A stretch of DNA of 61,754 nt. Source: a virus. The first letter of the stretch is position 1, and each line of letters opens with the position of its first letter. This document shows, in pieces, positions 9,793-17,895 of this stretch. Made by a program: the position numbers and the translations under genes. The stretch lies in IMG/VR virus record IMGVR_UViG_3300017613_001703, one strand, 5' to 3'. The notes below the pieces were generated by a model. That model saw only the letters and a program-made list of their open reading frames with translations. It was not told the DNA's origin and made no database searches.

Positions 9793-11621
9793 TGAGACAA
9801 TTTGTCTTTTTTTTAATAGGGTTTTTACTTTGTTGCTCTTCTGCTTTTGCAGTAGATACTACTTACTACGTTACTAAGGCGGGTAACGACGACACCGGAG
9901 ATGGTACGGTGGAAACTCCATGGTTAACTATTCAACACGCTATAAACCAAGTTGAAGCGAACGAAGCCGAAGACACCAGTTTTCTTGTAACGGTTGGTGC
10001 TGGCACATATACAGAGCAAATCACACTTTCTGATTTTGACGCCAGCGGATCATCTCTCTCTGTGGATGGCGGTGCTGTTGCGACCATTGACGGTGGGGAT
10101 AGATTGTCAGGATGGGTAACTGCCCCTGAAATTGGGGCAGGAGTTTATAAGTATGTTGACGGTGGAACAGCCTTGGGCTATGCGCCTGAGAATATGGCAA
10201 CAGACAATAAAGCGACATTAGATATCACCACCTCCGCTATGGATGCTGGATCTGGGGACGCCATACTTGCCCTTGCAGAAGGCAATGCTGGTTGGGATGG
10301 GGTGGAAGTGAGATGGGGGTATAACTCTGTAAACGACAATATTTATGTTCGCTTCGAAGATGGCAGCGACCCAGATGATAAGGATTGTGCGTTTTCCCCT
10401 GATTCTGGCGGTGCTTTTTTTCTTGATGATTCAAGTAATGTAACAATTACGGGTTTCACAATCCGAAACAACTATTCGGCAATTAGGATGACATATAATT
10501 GTGACAACAATATCATAGAAGACAACACTCTGGAAGGTGGATTGATAACAGTTAATATCAAGGGTTATTCGACCTCCATTCCAGATGGTAATATAATTAG
10601 AAACAATGACATAACCCTTGGTTTTATTTACACCTCTGCTGGATACCAAATGTACAAATCCGCAACTGATGAAAATATTTGGGACACTGTTAAGACTGGC
10701 AATTCTTCAAGTGACCGAATTGGGATTTATATTTATCGTGGTGGAGATGGGAACAAAATATACAGTAATATTATTGCTAAACATTTTGACGGTATTGTTA
10801 TTTCTGATGATACAGCAGACCGAAACGATAATACCGAAATTTATGAGAACACACTGCATCATAATATGGATAGTTCCATCGAATTAAATACGTATGATGG
10901 CGAGGGGATAAAGATATATGACAATTCTCTCCATGAATCCACTACTTTAATACGAATTAAAAGATTAGACACGGGGCCGGTTTATATCTATAATAATGAT
11001 ATTACAGTCGAAACTGCGGTTGGTTATGATTCTCAGACTCTGGCGAGTGGGATCACTTTCTCTCTTACTAGTACACCGGAAACTACCGGTACACTTTACG
11101 TTTACCACAATTCAATAGCCACGGCAGCCGCCGCAATTAATTATGATGTAAACGCATCAAGTACGGCAAAATTTCCAAACTTCTGGTTTATTAATAATAT
11201 TTTTGGTAGTACTAATATTCTCCGACGTATAGAAACAATGGGGGAACCTTTATCTCACACCTGTTATAATTATGCTGCGGGAGCGGAGCAATATGGAGAT
11301 GATTATTGGCCCTTAAGGCATGATAATACTGGTGATCTTCAGAATATTGACGGGACACTAACTGATTTATGGACCTCTTTAGTTAATGTAAACGTAGAAA
11401 TCCCGATTGATCCAACCGATCTTCTTGAAGCTGGCGTCGATGTTTCTGATACATTTTCATGTGATGGTGACAGTAAAAGCGCGTTGCCAGGATTTACTAG
11501 TAACTACTTTGATCGGTCTGCACCAGATATAGGTTCGGTTCAATGGTCGGATGCAAATTCAATACAAGATGGCAACGGCACCATACTATACGGAACCGGA
11601 ACAATAAGTACGTTAGACTAA
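9792..11621 (+). CDS. secreted beta-helix polysaccharide lyase/depolymerase-like protein (609 aa)
   Basis: MRQFVFFLIGFLLCCSSAFA-VD signal. TYYVTKAGNDDTGDGTVETPWLTIQHAINQV is the typical N-terminal cap of pectate-lyase-fold proteins. Repeated N-rich beta-helix rungs are present. Confidence 0.7.
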   Translation: MRQFVFFLIGFLLCCSSAFAVDTTYYVTKAGNDDTGDGTVETPWLTIQHAINQVEANEAEDTSFLVTVGAGTYTEQITLSDFDASGSSLSVDGGAVATIDGGDRLSGWVTAPEIGAGVYKYVDGGTALGYAPENMATDNKATLDITTSAMDAGSGDAILALAEGNAGWDGVEVRWGYNSVNDNIYVRFEDGSDPDDKDCAFSPDSGGAFFLDDSSNVTITGFTIRNNYSAIRMTYNCDNNIIEDNTLEGGLITVNIKGYSTSIPDGNIIRNNDITLGFIYTSAGYQMYKSATDENIWDTVKTGNSSSDRIGIYIYRGGDGNKIYSNIIAKHFDGIVISDDTADRNDNTEIYENTLHHNMDSSIELNTYDGEGIKIYDNSLHESTTLIRIKRLDTGPVYIYNNDITVETAVGYDSQTLASGITFSLTSTPETTGTLYVYHNSIATAAAAINYDVNASSTAKFPNFWFINNIFGSTNILRRIETMGEPLSHTCYNYAAGAEQYGDDYWPLRHDNTGDLQNIDGTLTDLWTSLVNVNVEIPIDPTDLLEAGVDVSDTFSCDGDSKSALPGFTSNYFDRSAPDIGSVQWSDANSIQDGNGTILYGTGTISTLD

Positions 11622-11630
11622 GGAGACGGC

Positions 11631-11963
11631 ATGCCGGACAGAATGGACCCGTTAGATAGAATGTTGACCGAAGAGACACCTGCCGTTCGAGCAATCCACG
11701 AAGAGGTTAAAGATGTTCTAAGGCTAGTTCTTGACAGCAATATTAAAGTTGAGACAGCCATGGCAGATGGTTTTCGTGAGCTTGCCGATAAATTGACGCA
11801 GACTCACAATAGCTGCGAAGCCAGGCGGTCTATCCAAAATGGACAAATTTCAAAACTGGTCACTAAACAGGAAGTCAATCGAACGAAACTAAGCTACCTG
11901 GTTGGCGGGTCTGCTGTTGGTGGTGGGGTTTTTGCGAAAATTGTTGATTGGCTGATGAGGTAG
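11631..11963 (+). CDS. tail-anchored membrane protein (110 aa), first gene of the lysis cluster
   Basis: AAGGAGA RBS. A soluble helical N-terminus is followed by a single C-terminal TM (LSYLVGGSAVGGGVFAKIVDWLM). It lies directly upstream of the endolysin. Confidence 0.65.
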   Translation: MPDRMDPLDRMLTEETPAVRAIHEEVKDVLRLVLDSNIKVETAMADGFRELADKLTQTHNSCEARRSIQNGQISKLVTKQEVNRTKLSYLVGGSAVGGGVFAKIVDWLMR

Positions 11964-11969
11964 GGAAAT

Positions 11970-12401
11970 ATGTATCTTACAGAACAACTTATTCGGCATG
12001 AAGGTTTGCGGTTACACCCATACAAATGTCCTGCGGGATATTGGAGTATAGGAGTGGGCCGGAATCTTGAAGGAAAAGGTATTACTCATCAAGAAGCAAT
12101 GTATATGATGATGCATGACATAGCTGACGCCAAGATTGGCGTTAAACAGATTTTAAGCAATTATCATATTGAAGATTATAAAATAAATTTGCCAAGAAGG
12201 GATGCATTGATCAATGTAGCGTACAACATCGGCCAGTCGTCCTTGATGGGGTTCAGAAAAATGTTTTCTGCCATATATGCAGAAGATTGGGATAAGGCCG
12301 CTGTTCAGCTACTTGATAGTAAATACGCAACAGAGGTTGGGGGAAGGGCTGTTGAATTGTCTAACCAGTTGAGAACAGGAGCATATCAAAGAAATGAATG
12401 A
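11970..12401 (+). CDS. endolysin, T4-lysozyme-like (GH24) muramidase (143 aa)
   Basis: LIRHEGLRLHPYKCPAGYWSIGVGRNL matches the T4L catalytic region [20 protein letters not shown]. The position equivalent to T4L Asp20 is Cys here. Confidence 0.9.
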   Translation: MYLTEQLIRHEGLRLHPYKCPAGYWSIGVGRNLEGKGITHQEAMYMMMHDIADAKIGVKQILSNYHIEDYKINLPRRDALINVAYNIGQSSLMGFRKMFSAIYAEDWDKAAVQLLDSKYATEVGGRAVELSNQLRTGAYQRNE

Positions 12402-12684
12402 TTTAACAATTCGAAAGGCGTTGGCGAATCTAATCGCCAACAGCGATATGGTTGATCTGACAAATATGTATCGGGTTTTGTTCAGAATGTTTTTGTCAGT
12501 CACTATGATTATGGGCGGCGGTAGTTTTTTGTGGGCTGCTGCTTTTACAGAAAAAGCGAGGCTTACCGATATCACCACAATGGTCGTTGGTTTTGTGATT
12601 GGTACTTTTCTCGCTCTGCCAATCGGCTTTTACTTTGGTGGACAAGACAGGCAGAAGAAAAATGATGAACAAAATGAAATATAG
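12394..12684 (+). CDS. two-TM membrane protein, holin candidate (96 aa)
   Basis: Its ATG overlaps the endolysin stop. Hydrophobic segments are MFLSVTMIMGGGSFLWAAAF and TMVVGFVIGTFLALPIGFYFGG, followed by a charged C-terminus. Confidence 0.6.
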   Translation: MNDLTIRKALANLIANSDMVDLTNMYRVLFRMFLSVTMIMGGGSFLWAAAFTEKARLTDITTMVVGFVIGTFLALPIGFYFGGQDRQKKNDEQNEI

Positions 12685-13066
12685 CGCAGGATATAAATAT
12701 ATTTTGCGGGAACCGTTTACTCTCCCGCTGGCAGGGCATTGGCCGAAATGCGGTAATAATTTTGTGCGGATAACATCGGATGGTCAATTGCTTCTCCGGG
12801 AAGGCTATGCCTGGGATGGTGTTAGTGGTCCTGTTGCTGATACGAAAATTAATATGCGGGGTGGTCTTGTTCACGATGCGCTTTATCAGCTTTTACGCAA
12901 CGATATCCTCCCAAGAGAATATCAAATAGTTGCGGATATTGTCGCCAAAAATATATGGATTGAGGACGGCATGTGGGCCTGGCAAGCGGGCATGTACTAT
13001 AGAGTTCTTAGGACCGTATCACCGTTTACAGCTAAAAAACCGAGAGAAGTATTACATGCACCATGA
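12662..13066 (+). CDS. DUF1353-like protein (134 aa)
   Basis: GYAWDGVSGP...GGLVHDALYQLLR matches the DUF1353 pattern (xDGxSxP ... HDxxY), recalled from memory. Confidence 0.55.
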   Translation: MMNKMKYSAGYKYILREPFTLPLAGHWPKCGNNFVRITSDGQLLLREGYAWDGVSGPVADTKINMRGGLVHDALYQLLRNDILPREYQIVADIVAKNIWIEDGMWAWQAGMYYRVLRTVSPFTAKKPREVLHAP

Positions 13067-13082
13067 AAGGGGAGACGCCCAA

Positions 13083-13412
13083 ATGAAAAAAGCTTCAGTT
13101 AGTTTACTAATGGTGTTTTTGGCGGCAATGGTTGGTTGTGCCAATATGGGCAGTTTAGACACGCCTGAAAAACAATTTCTTGGTGCGAGGGGTGAGCTTA
13201 ACATCCTGATCGAACAGTATGTAATGATTCAGGATGATGTACCAATGCCCCTACATTTAAAAATAAAAAGTTATTTTGAAAATGCCGATCTTATATTGGA
13301 CATGTGGCAAACAAATATAAACAAAGATATCGATTTTGCCACAGACTATCGCGCCTGGATAAACATCAAAAGTCAAATACTGCAGACCTTAAAGGAGATT
13401 TACGATGAGTGA
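13083..13412 (+). CDS. small lipoprotein (109 aa), o-spanin-like by position
   Basis: MKKASVSLLMVFLAAMVGC has a lipobox. It lies at the end of the lysis cluster. No partner i-spanin was identified. Confidence 0.5.
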   Translation: MKKASVSLLMVFLAAMVGCANMGSLDTPEKQFLGARGELNILIEQYVMIQDDVPMPLHLKIKSYFENADLILDMWQTNINKDIDFATDYRAWINIKSQILQTLKEIYDE

Positions 13413-13572
13413 TGCACCAAAGATCCTAAACCAAGTGGATGCGTTGTCCAATATCATTCTACTATCACTGTTCTTGATGCAACAGATCACCGGAAAAACT
13501 AAAGAAGAAACAATGAAAATGATTGATCAAGAGGGTATTAAAACTGATGCTTTGTTGATGAAGCTAAAATAG
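13405..13572 (+). CDS. small hypothetical protein (55 aa, below the ORF-track cut-off)
   Basis: Its ATG overlaps the preceding stop (ATGAGTGA). It fills the gap exactly up to the next start at 13574. Confidence 0.4.
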   Translation: MSDAPKILNQVDALSNIILLSLFLMQQITGKTKEETMKMIDQEGIKTDALLMKLK

Positions 13573-13573
13573 C

Positions 13574-13777
13574 GTGGATATCCCCGAAATGGATATCATC
13601 AGACAACCGTGGGTGGTATGCGGTATCTGTATGAGCCGCAACCACCCCCATATGTGGTGCAGAGGTGGCCACGTCCCATTGTGGCAATGCGCCGGGTGCT
13701 CATGCCATATACCCGAAGATGTTTTCGATGAAGTGCTGGAGCTGTTTGAGCCTCAGACTTCAATTACCGAGCCATAG
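13574..13777 (+). CDS. Cys/His-rich zinc-ribbon-like protein (67 aa)
   Basis: CGIC..H.HMWC..H....C..CSCH pattern. GTG start (or ATG 13589). Last + strand gene before the strand switch. Confidence 0.45.
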   Translation: MDIPEMDIIRQPWVVCGICMSRNHPHMWCRGGHVPLWQCAGCSCHIPEDVFDEVLELFEPQTSITEP

Positions 13778-14818
13778 TCAATACCACGCTGTGGTGCTTA
13801 GAAACGCCTTGATAAATGCAGCCGCTACTTGCGGTACGATGGCGTTCCCAGCCCCGCGCAGCGCCCCCACTCGATTGGGTAGCCCATCAGCCAAAGGGAA
13901 AAGTAGGGATTCAATTTCAGGCTGGTTTTCGATCGAGGCCCGTTGTGTTCGAGCCTTATCCCAAGTGCCACGTCTACCTGCCTTGTGTAGTCGCTGCCCC
14001 CGCCTTCGTTGTAGGTTGTCGTTTTCGGAGATAGGGTCTGGGGACTTGGCCACCCTGCCAGGCACCCGCCGCCACTTTCCATCGGCGCAGGGGATGAGGA
14101 TGGAGTTTTGCCAGAAACCATCAGGGCCATCGCCTGGAGATCCCCACCGCCCGACTCTTTCCTGCCTAATTCCTGCTTCCTTTCCGCTGATTCCGGGCCT
14201 CCTGTAACCACTCTTGGCGTTGCCCACCCCGCTGTTTGGCTCATGGTTATTAAATTCAACCTTGATTTTTTGTGTACTGTTTTGTGCGCTCCTCTTTCCC
14301 CATCCGTTTGAGCTGGACTGCGCCACCCACCACAAACGTTGCCTGATGTGCGGTGCGCCAACGCTCGCAGCGCACAAATCAGCGGCCCCGACTGCATATC
14401 CCATCGCTTCCAGATCAAGTCGTACTCCTGAGAGCCATTCACGGCCATCCTTGCTCGCAACCTGCTCTCCAAAGATCGTTGCAGGTTTTCGCTTGGCGTT
14501 AGCGATGAGCCACCGAAAAGCGGGCCAAAGGTGGCGGGAGTCGTCAATTCCTCCACCCTGGCCTGCGACACTGAATGGCTGACATGGGCAGCTTCCTGTC
14601 CAGACGGGTTGGTCTTCTGGCCAACCAGCCAACCTGAGTGCGTAAGGCCAGCCTCCAATGCCTGCGAAAAAGTGACACTGGACAAATCCGTCGAGGTCTG
14701 CCGGTTGGATGTCGTTGATGGATCGGTCGTCAACCTTGCCATTGGGAATCAACTCCTCCTTGATGAGTTCCTTCAGCCACGCGACTGAGGTTTTTTCATT
14801 GTCGTTGTAATAGTTCAT
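13778..14818 (-). CDS. DNA (cytosine-5)-methyltransferase (346 aa from ATG 14818)
   Basis: Motif I FFAGIGGW, motif IV GSCPCQPFSVAG, motif VI-like IFGEQV, motif VIII QRLWWV, motif X GNAIVPQV. A GGGGGG RBS-like run lies upstream of ATG 14818. Confidence 0.9.
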   Translation of the reverse strand: MNYYNDNEKTSVAWLKELIKEELIPNGKVDDRSINDIQPADLDGFVQCHFFAGIGGWPYALRLAGWPEDQPVWTGSCPCQPFSVAGQGGGIDDSRHLWPAFRWLIANAKRKPATIFGEQVASKDGREWLSGVRLDLEAMGYAVGAADLCAASVGAPHIRQRLWWVAQSSSNGWGKRSAQNSTQKIKVEFNNHEPNSGVGNAKSGYRRPGISGKEAGIRQERVGRWGSPGDGPDGFWQNSILIPCADGKWRRVPGRVAKSPDPISENDNLQRRRGQRLHKAGRRGTWDKARTQRASIENQPEIESLLFPLADGLPNRVGALRGAGNAIVPQVAAAFIKAFLSTTAWY

Positions 14819-14862
14819 ACCCCCCCTATTCGACCTCCATTGATGGTATATAAAGCGCCGGC

Positions 14863-16197
14863 TCATTCCTGTGAGGCCGAAATAAAGCACCCTCCACCAC
14901 CACCGGATGATGCCGCCGGAATTTGCGCTTTATCAAACCTTGCTTCGATGGTGCAAGTTTCATAGATGGCGCCTGTAGTGAAGGTTGAGCCTGACAAACT
15001 CCCGCCGCACCCAAAAACGGAACCGATGACATAACCGCTGTCTGGTACGACTTGGAATGTTGCAGTGTCACCGTAATCAACCACCTGCTTCGATGGTATT
15101 AGATGCCCGTGTTTTGTTGGTGCGATCAACACAACGCACGTTTCGATTTCGTAAGCCACATTGATTGTGGTCACTGTGTGTTCGTCAATCTGGACCGTCA
15201 CCGGTTGCGGGATGACCCAACCCCTGACATCACTGAATTCGATTTCCGTCGGTCCTACCGGCAAATTTAGCTGATCTCCGCTGTCATGCCAGGTTTTGCC
15301 GTCTACCAGTCGCCACTTTGCGGCTGCCGGGTCAAGATTGACCTGCAACGTTCCACCTTGATAGCGATATGCCGCGATGACATGCTTCATTTCCCGGCCA
15401 GTCCGAGCGTTATCTGCATCGACAGCGTCGCCGGTTAGTGCGCTCAGATGTGACACGTGTGGGCTGGAAAATACCGGAATCCGAAAGTGTGGGATTCCAT
15501 CAGGAAAATACGAGCCTCCTGAGTACGTCATGACAGAGCAGTATCCTACCCCATCTGACCCCATCCATCGACCCCCGGCACTGTAACTATATACGCCGGG
15601 ACCTGGTTGGAAATTTTGGAGTTTGCTATGGTGCATCCCTATGTTATGGCCCATTTCGTGGACTGTGGTTGGGCCGGCCATTTGTTGAACCCGCACCAGG
15701 GAAAACCCATAATCACTATTGCCGGCTGGTTCTGTCATCAGCCAGGCAATCCCCCCAACATCATTTACTTTCGCAACTAGGACGACTAAATCCGCCCCAA
15801 GATTGTCACGGACTTCGTGTACCTCGTCCATGTACCCATCCGCAGGATTTGTTAGTCGTCGAAGGTCTGTTACTGATTTATTAGACTCGACATAAATTGT
15901 TTCCAACATACCAACTACTAGAAAATCAATTCCGGTATTACTATTGTACGCCGTGAGATTAGCATAGTCGATAGCAGCTTCAATCTCGGCGTCTATGTCA
16001 GTTGCCCATGACTTTGCCGCTTTCGTGTAGACCATCAGCACTGTGATAGTCGCCGGTGTGTCTGGATCGTATGGCGTATCATATGATAAACTCCTTGATA
16101 CATCGTACGGCAGCGGAATAGATATGGGGTTTAATTCGTCTGCCCAACCAGGGACGGCCAGGCACAAAATAATGATGGTGGTGATTAGTGTTTTCAT
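14863..16197 (-). CDS. secreted metzincin-type zinc metalloprotease (reprolysin/M12B-like) with a C-terminal beta-rich repeat domain (444 aa)
   Basis: Signal MKTLITTIIILCLAVPGWA. HEMGHNIGMHH (HExxHxxGxxH) plus a CSVMTY Met-turn. The C-terminus ends SSGGGGGCFISASQE. AGGAGG RBS. Confidence 0.85.
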   Translation of the reverse strand: MKTLITTIIILCLAVPGWADELNPISIPLPYDVSRSLSYDTPYDPDTPATITVLMVYTKAAKSWATDIDAEIEAAIDYANLTAYNSNTGIDFLVVGMLETIYVESNKSVTDLRRLTNPADGYMDEVHEVRDNLGADLVVLVAKVNDVGGIAWLMTEPAGNSDYGFSLVRVQQMAGPTTVHEMGHNIGMHHSKLQNFQPGPGVYSYSAGGRWMGSDGVGYCSVMTYSGGSYFPDGIPHFRIPVFSSPHVSHLSALTGDAVDADNARTGREMKHVIAAYRYQGGTLQVNLDPAAAKWRLVDGKTWHDSGDQLNLPVGPTEIEFSDVRGWVIPQPVTVQIDEHTVTTINVAYEIETCVVLIAPTKHGHLIPSKQVVDYGDTATFQVVPDSGYVIGSVFGCGGSLSGSTFTTGAIYETCTIEARFDKAQIPAASSGGGGGCFISASQE

Positions 16198-16205
16198 GGT
16201 ACCTC

Positions 16206-16352
16206 CTATTTGGTTAGAATTTTTTGATACTCATCAAGAATTTTATTTTCCGCTCTTTTCCGCAGGAAATACTCAATCAAGAAAGTCGCTATTATCCCAA
16301 TATTAATCCCTGTGAAAATGCCTATTAACAATCCTTGATGAAATCCACTCAT
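16206..16352 (-). CDS. tiny single-TM peptide (48 aa)
   Basis: GGAGGAAAAC then ATG. MSGFHQGLLIGIFTGINIGIIATFLIEYF... Its stop lies within the protease RBS. Paralogous to 16349..16453. Confidence 0.45.
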   Translation of the reverse strand: MSGFHQGLLIGIFTGINIGIIATFLIEYFLRKRAENKILDEYQKILTK

Positions 16353-16453
16353 GTTTTCCTCCTTATCGAGCACCAAAAAAGAAAAAGGATTATATTTGCA
16401 AAACTAAAGCCTATGAGAGAACCTAATAGCAACCCCTCGGCAAAAAAATTCAT
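16349..16453 (-). CDS. tiny single-TM peptide (34 aa)
   Basis: MNFFAEGLLLGSLIGFSFANIILFLFWCSIRRKT. ATGA overlap with the next peptide gene. Confidence 0.35.
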   Translation of the reverse strand: MNFFAEGLLLGSLIGFSFANIILFLFWCSIRRKT

Positions 16454-16463
16454 GGTTTCATCC

Positions 16464-17090
16464 TTATGCCTTCCTGTATTTTTCAACCGTTGAATCAAGC
16501 TCGTCACAGAACAATTCCAGTTCTACTTTAAGCTTCTTGATGAATTTTTCATCCCTATCGACAACAACGTCTAACGGCCTCATACCGGTGCAGTATGACC
16601 GAAAGTACCACTGTTTAGCATCGCAGACATACATTGACCCTTGGACCTGGCGGTGGTGGATGGCTGGTAGGATACCAGCCTGCAACCGTTCGTACTGGAT
16701 GCGGCTGATAGCATCCTTGGTTTCAAACCCCGCTACGATTGGCCCACCATCCCAAGCAATTAGACCATCAGGGGAACAACCGAACCGCTTGCGCTCATCC
16801 TTGTAAACGAAAGCGACCTGGGACACATCAACTCCGAACTTCAGTTCAAATGTAAGGCGGCTTTCCGGTTCCATTTCCTTCCCCCGGTTAAAGGCTGACA
16901 ACTCCCACTGTTTGCCACTCCGCCCGGTGATTCGTTCATTGGCCAGTTTGTCAAGATAAGCCGCACGTTCTTTGGACCGGGTGCCGTCCATCTTGACGAT
17001 TTTGTGAAAGTTGCTGGCCGATGGCAGGCCCAGCTTCAGCGCGAACCATTCCGGGGATGATTGGTCTATGTCTGTTATTACGATTGGCAT
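16464..17090 (-). CDS. YqaJ-like (lambda-Exo-type, PD-(D/E)XK) recombination exonuclease (208 aa)
   Basis: QSSPEWFALKLGLPSASNFHKI (YqaJ N-terminal signature). GCSPDG ... GFETKD (D..ExK). Confidence 0.85.
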   Translation of the reverse strand: MPIVITDIDQSSPEWFALKLGLPSASNFHKIVKMDGTRSKERAAYLDKLANERITGRSGKQWELSAFNRGKEMEPESRLTFELKFGVDVSQVAFVYKDERKRFGCSPDGLIAWDGGPIVAGFETKDAISRIQYERLQAGILPAIHHRQVQGSMYVCDAKQWYFRSYCTGMRPLDVVVDRDEKFIKKLKVELELFCDELDSTVEKYRKA

Positions 17091-17092
17091 GG

Positions 17093-17893
17093 CTATCCTT
17101 CCTCACCAGGTTCACGGTCAACCGGTTTTGCATCAATAGCCGCGCTGATGGCCTGGCGTACCTTGGCAAAGTTTTCTGCTCGAATTGTCCCAAGCGTTTC
17201 GGCCTCGGCAATCTCCATCAGCTTTTCTTTCTGCTTTGCGCTTGGGTTAAGCTCCTTATACATCGCCTTGAGTTCTTTTAATTGGGTGTCTGTGATGGTT
17301 TTGATAGATGTTCCAGAATTGCCATCATCATCGGCGCTTGCATCCGTTCCCGCTAACCCGGTTATTGACTCAAATGTGGCCGACCGTAGATAGGTAAGTG
17401 TCGATCTGATTTCCTGCAAGGGGTTTTTTTTGCCGCTTGAATCCGGTGGGCCAAACATCGAAACAGAGTCGGTATGACCAAACCTGTGTTGCAAAACGCA
17501 CTCAACTCCTATTTTTTTGTCGGGCTGAATCGGTATAAACTTTGTGGAAAAGCCGTGTTTGGCAAGGAATGGGGATACCGTTTCAAGCATTTGCCCCAAG
17601 GAAGTATACCAAGACTCGTATTGTCGGTTGAACTTGTCTTTTTTCAACTCGATTTTTTCTTGGTGAAATAAAGCCAGGTCTTTGAAGTACGCTTTCCTCG
17701 CCTCGTTTGCTTCATCCTCGCGCTTTAACTGCAAGAACTTTTCGAGCTGGTCAAGCGGGGTATCTTTGGTGAGTGCCACTTCAAGAACCCGGTCGTACAT
17801 GGATGCTGTTGCCACCGAGATTTCTGCCGGTGCTGGTTTGGTGATTTCCAGCTTTTTCAAAACTTCAACCGCGTGTGTTCCTTTGTCGTTCAT
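17093..17893 (-). CDS. single-strand annealing protein, ERF-like (266 aa)
   Basis: Immediately upstream of the YqaJ exonuclease. WYTSLGQMLETVSPFLAKHGFS...VECVLQHRFGH resembles the ERF core, recalled from memory. Confidence 0.6.
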   Translation of the reverse strand: MNDKGTHAVEVLKKLEITKPAPAEISVATASMYDRVLEVALTKDTPLDQLEKFLQLKREDEANEARKAYFKDLALFHQEKIELKKDKFNRQYESWYTSLGQMLETVSPFLAKHGFSTKFIPIQPDKKIGVECVLQHRFGHTDSVSMFGPPDSSGKKNPLQEIRSTLTYLRSATFESITGLAGTDASADDDGNSGTSIKTITDTQLKELKAMYKELNPSAKQKEKLMEIAEAETLGTIRAENFAKVRQAISAAIDAKPVDREPGEEG

Positions 17894-17895
17894 GG

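Noticed and set aside
13665-14742. Long overlapping ORFs in the Dcm region (13665..14207 +, 13825..14742 -, 14214..14582 +, 13816..14034 +).
   Set aside because: They overlap a frame containing all canonical C5-MTase motifs. They are Pro/Arg/Ser/Ala-rich, as expected from off-frame GC-rich DNA, and they lack RBSs.
16150-16197. Reading the metalloprotease C-terminal GGGGGCFISASQE as a dedicated sorting signal (CFI-box-type C-terminal domain)
   Set aside because: The motif is recalled only vaguely. The protein ends 8 residues after the Cys, with no TM or basic tail, so no sorting function can be supported from sequence alone.
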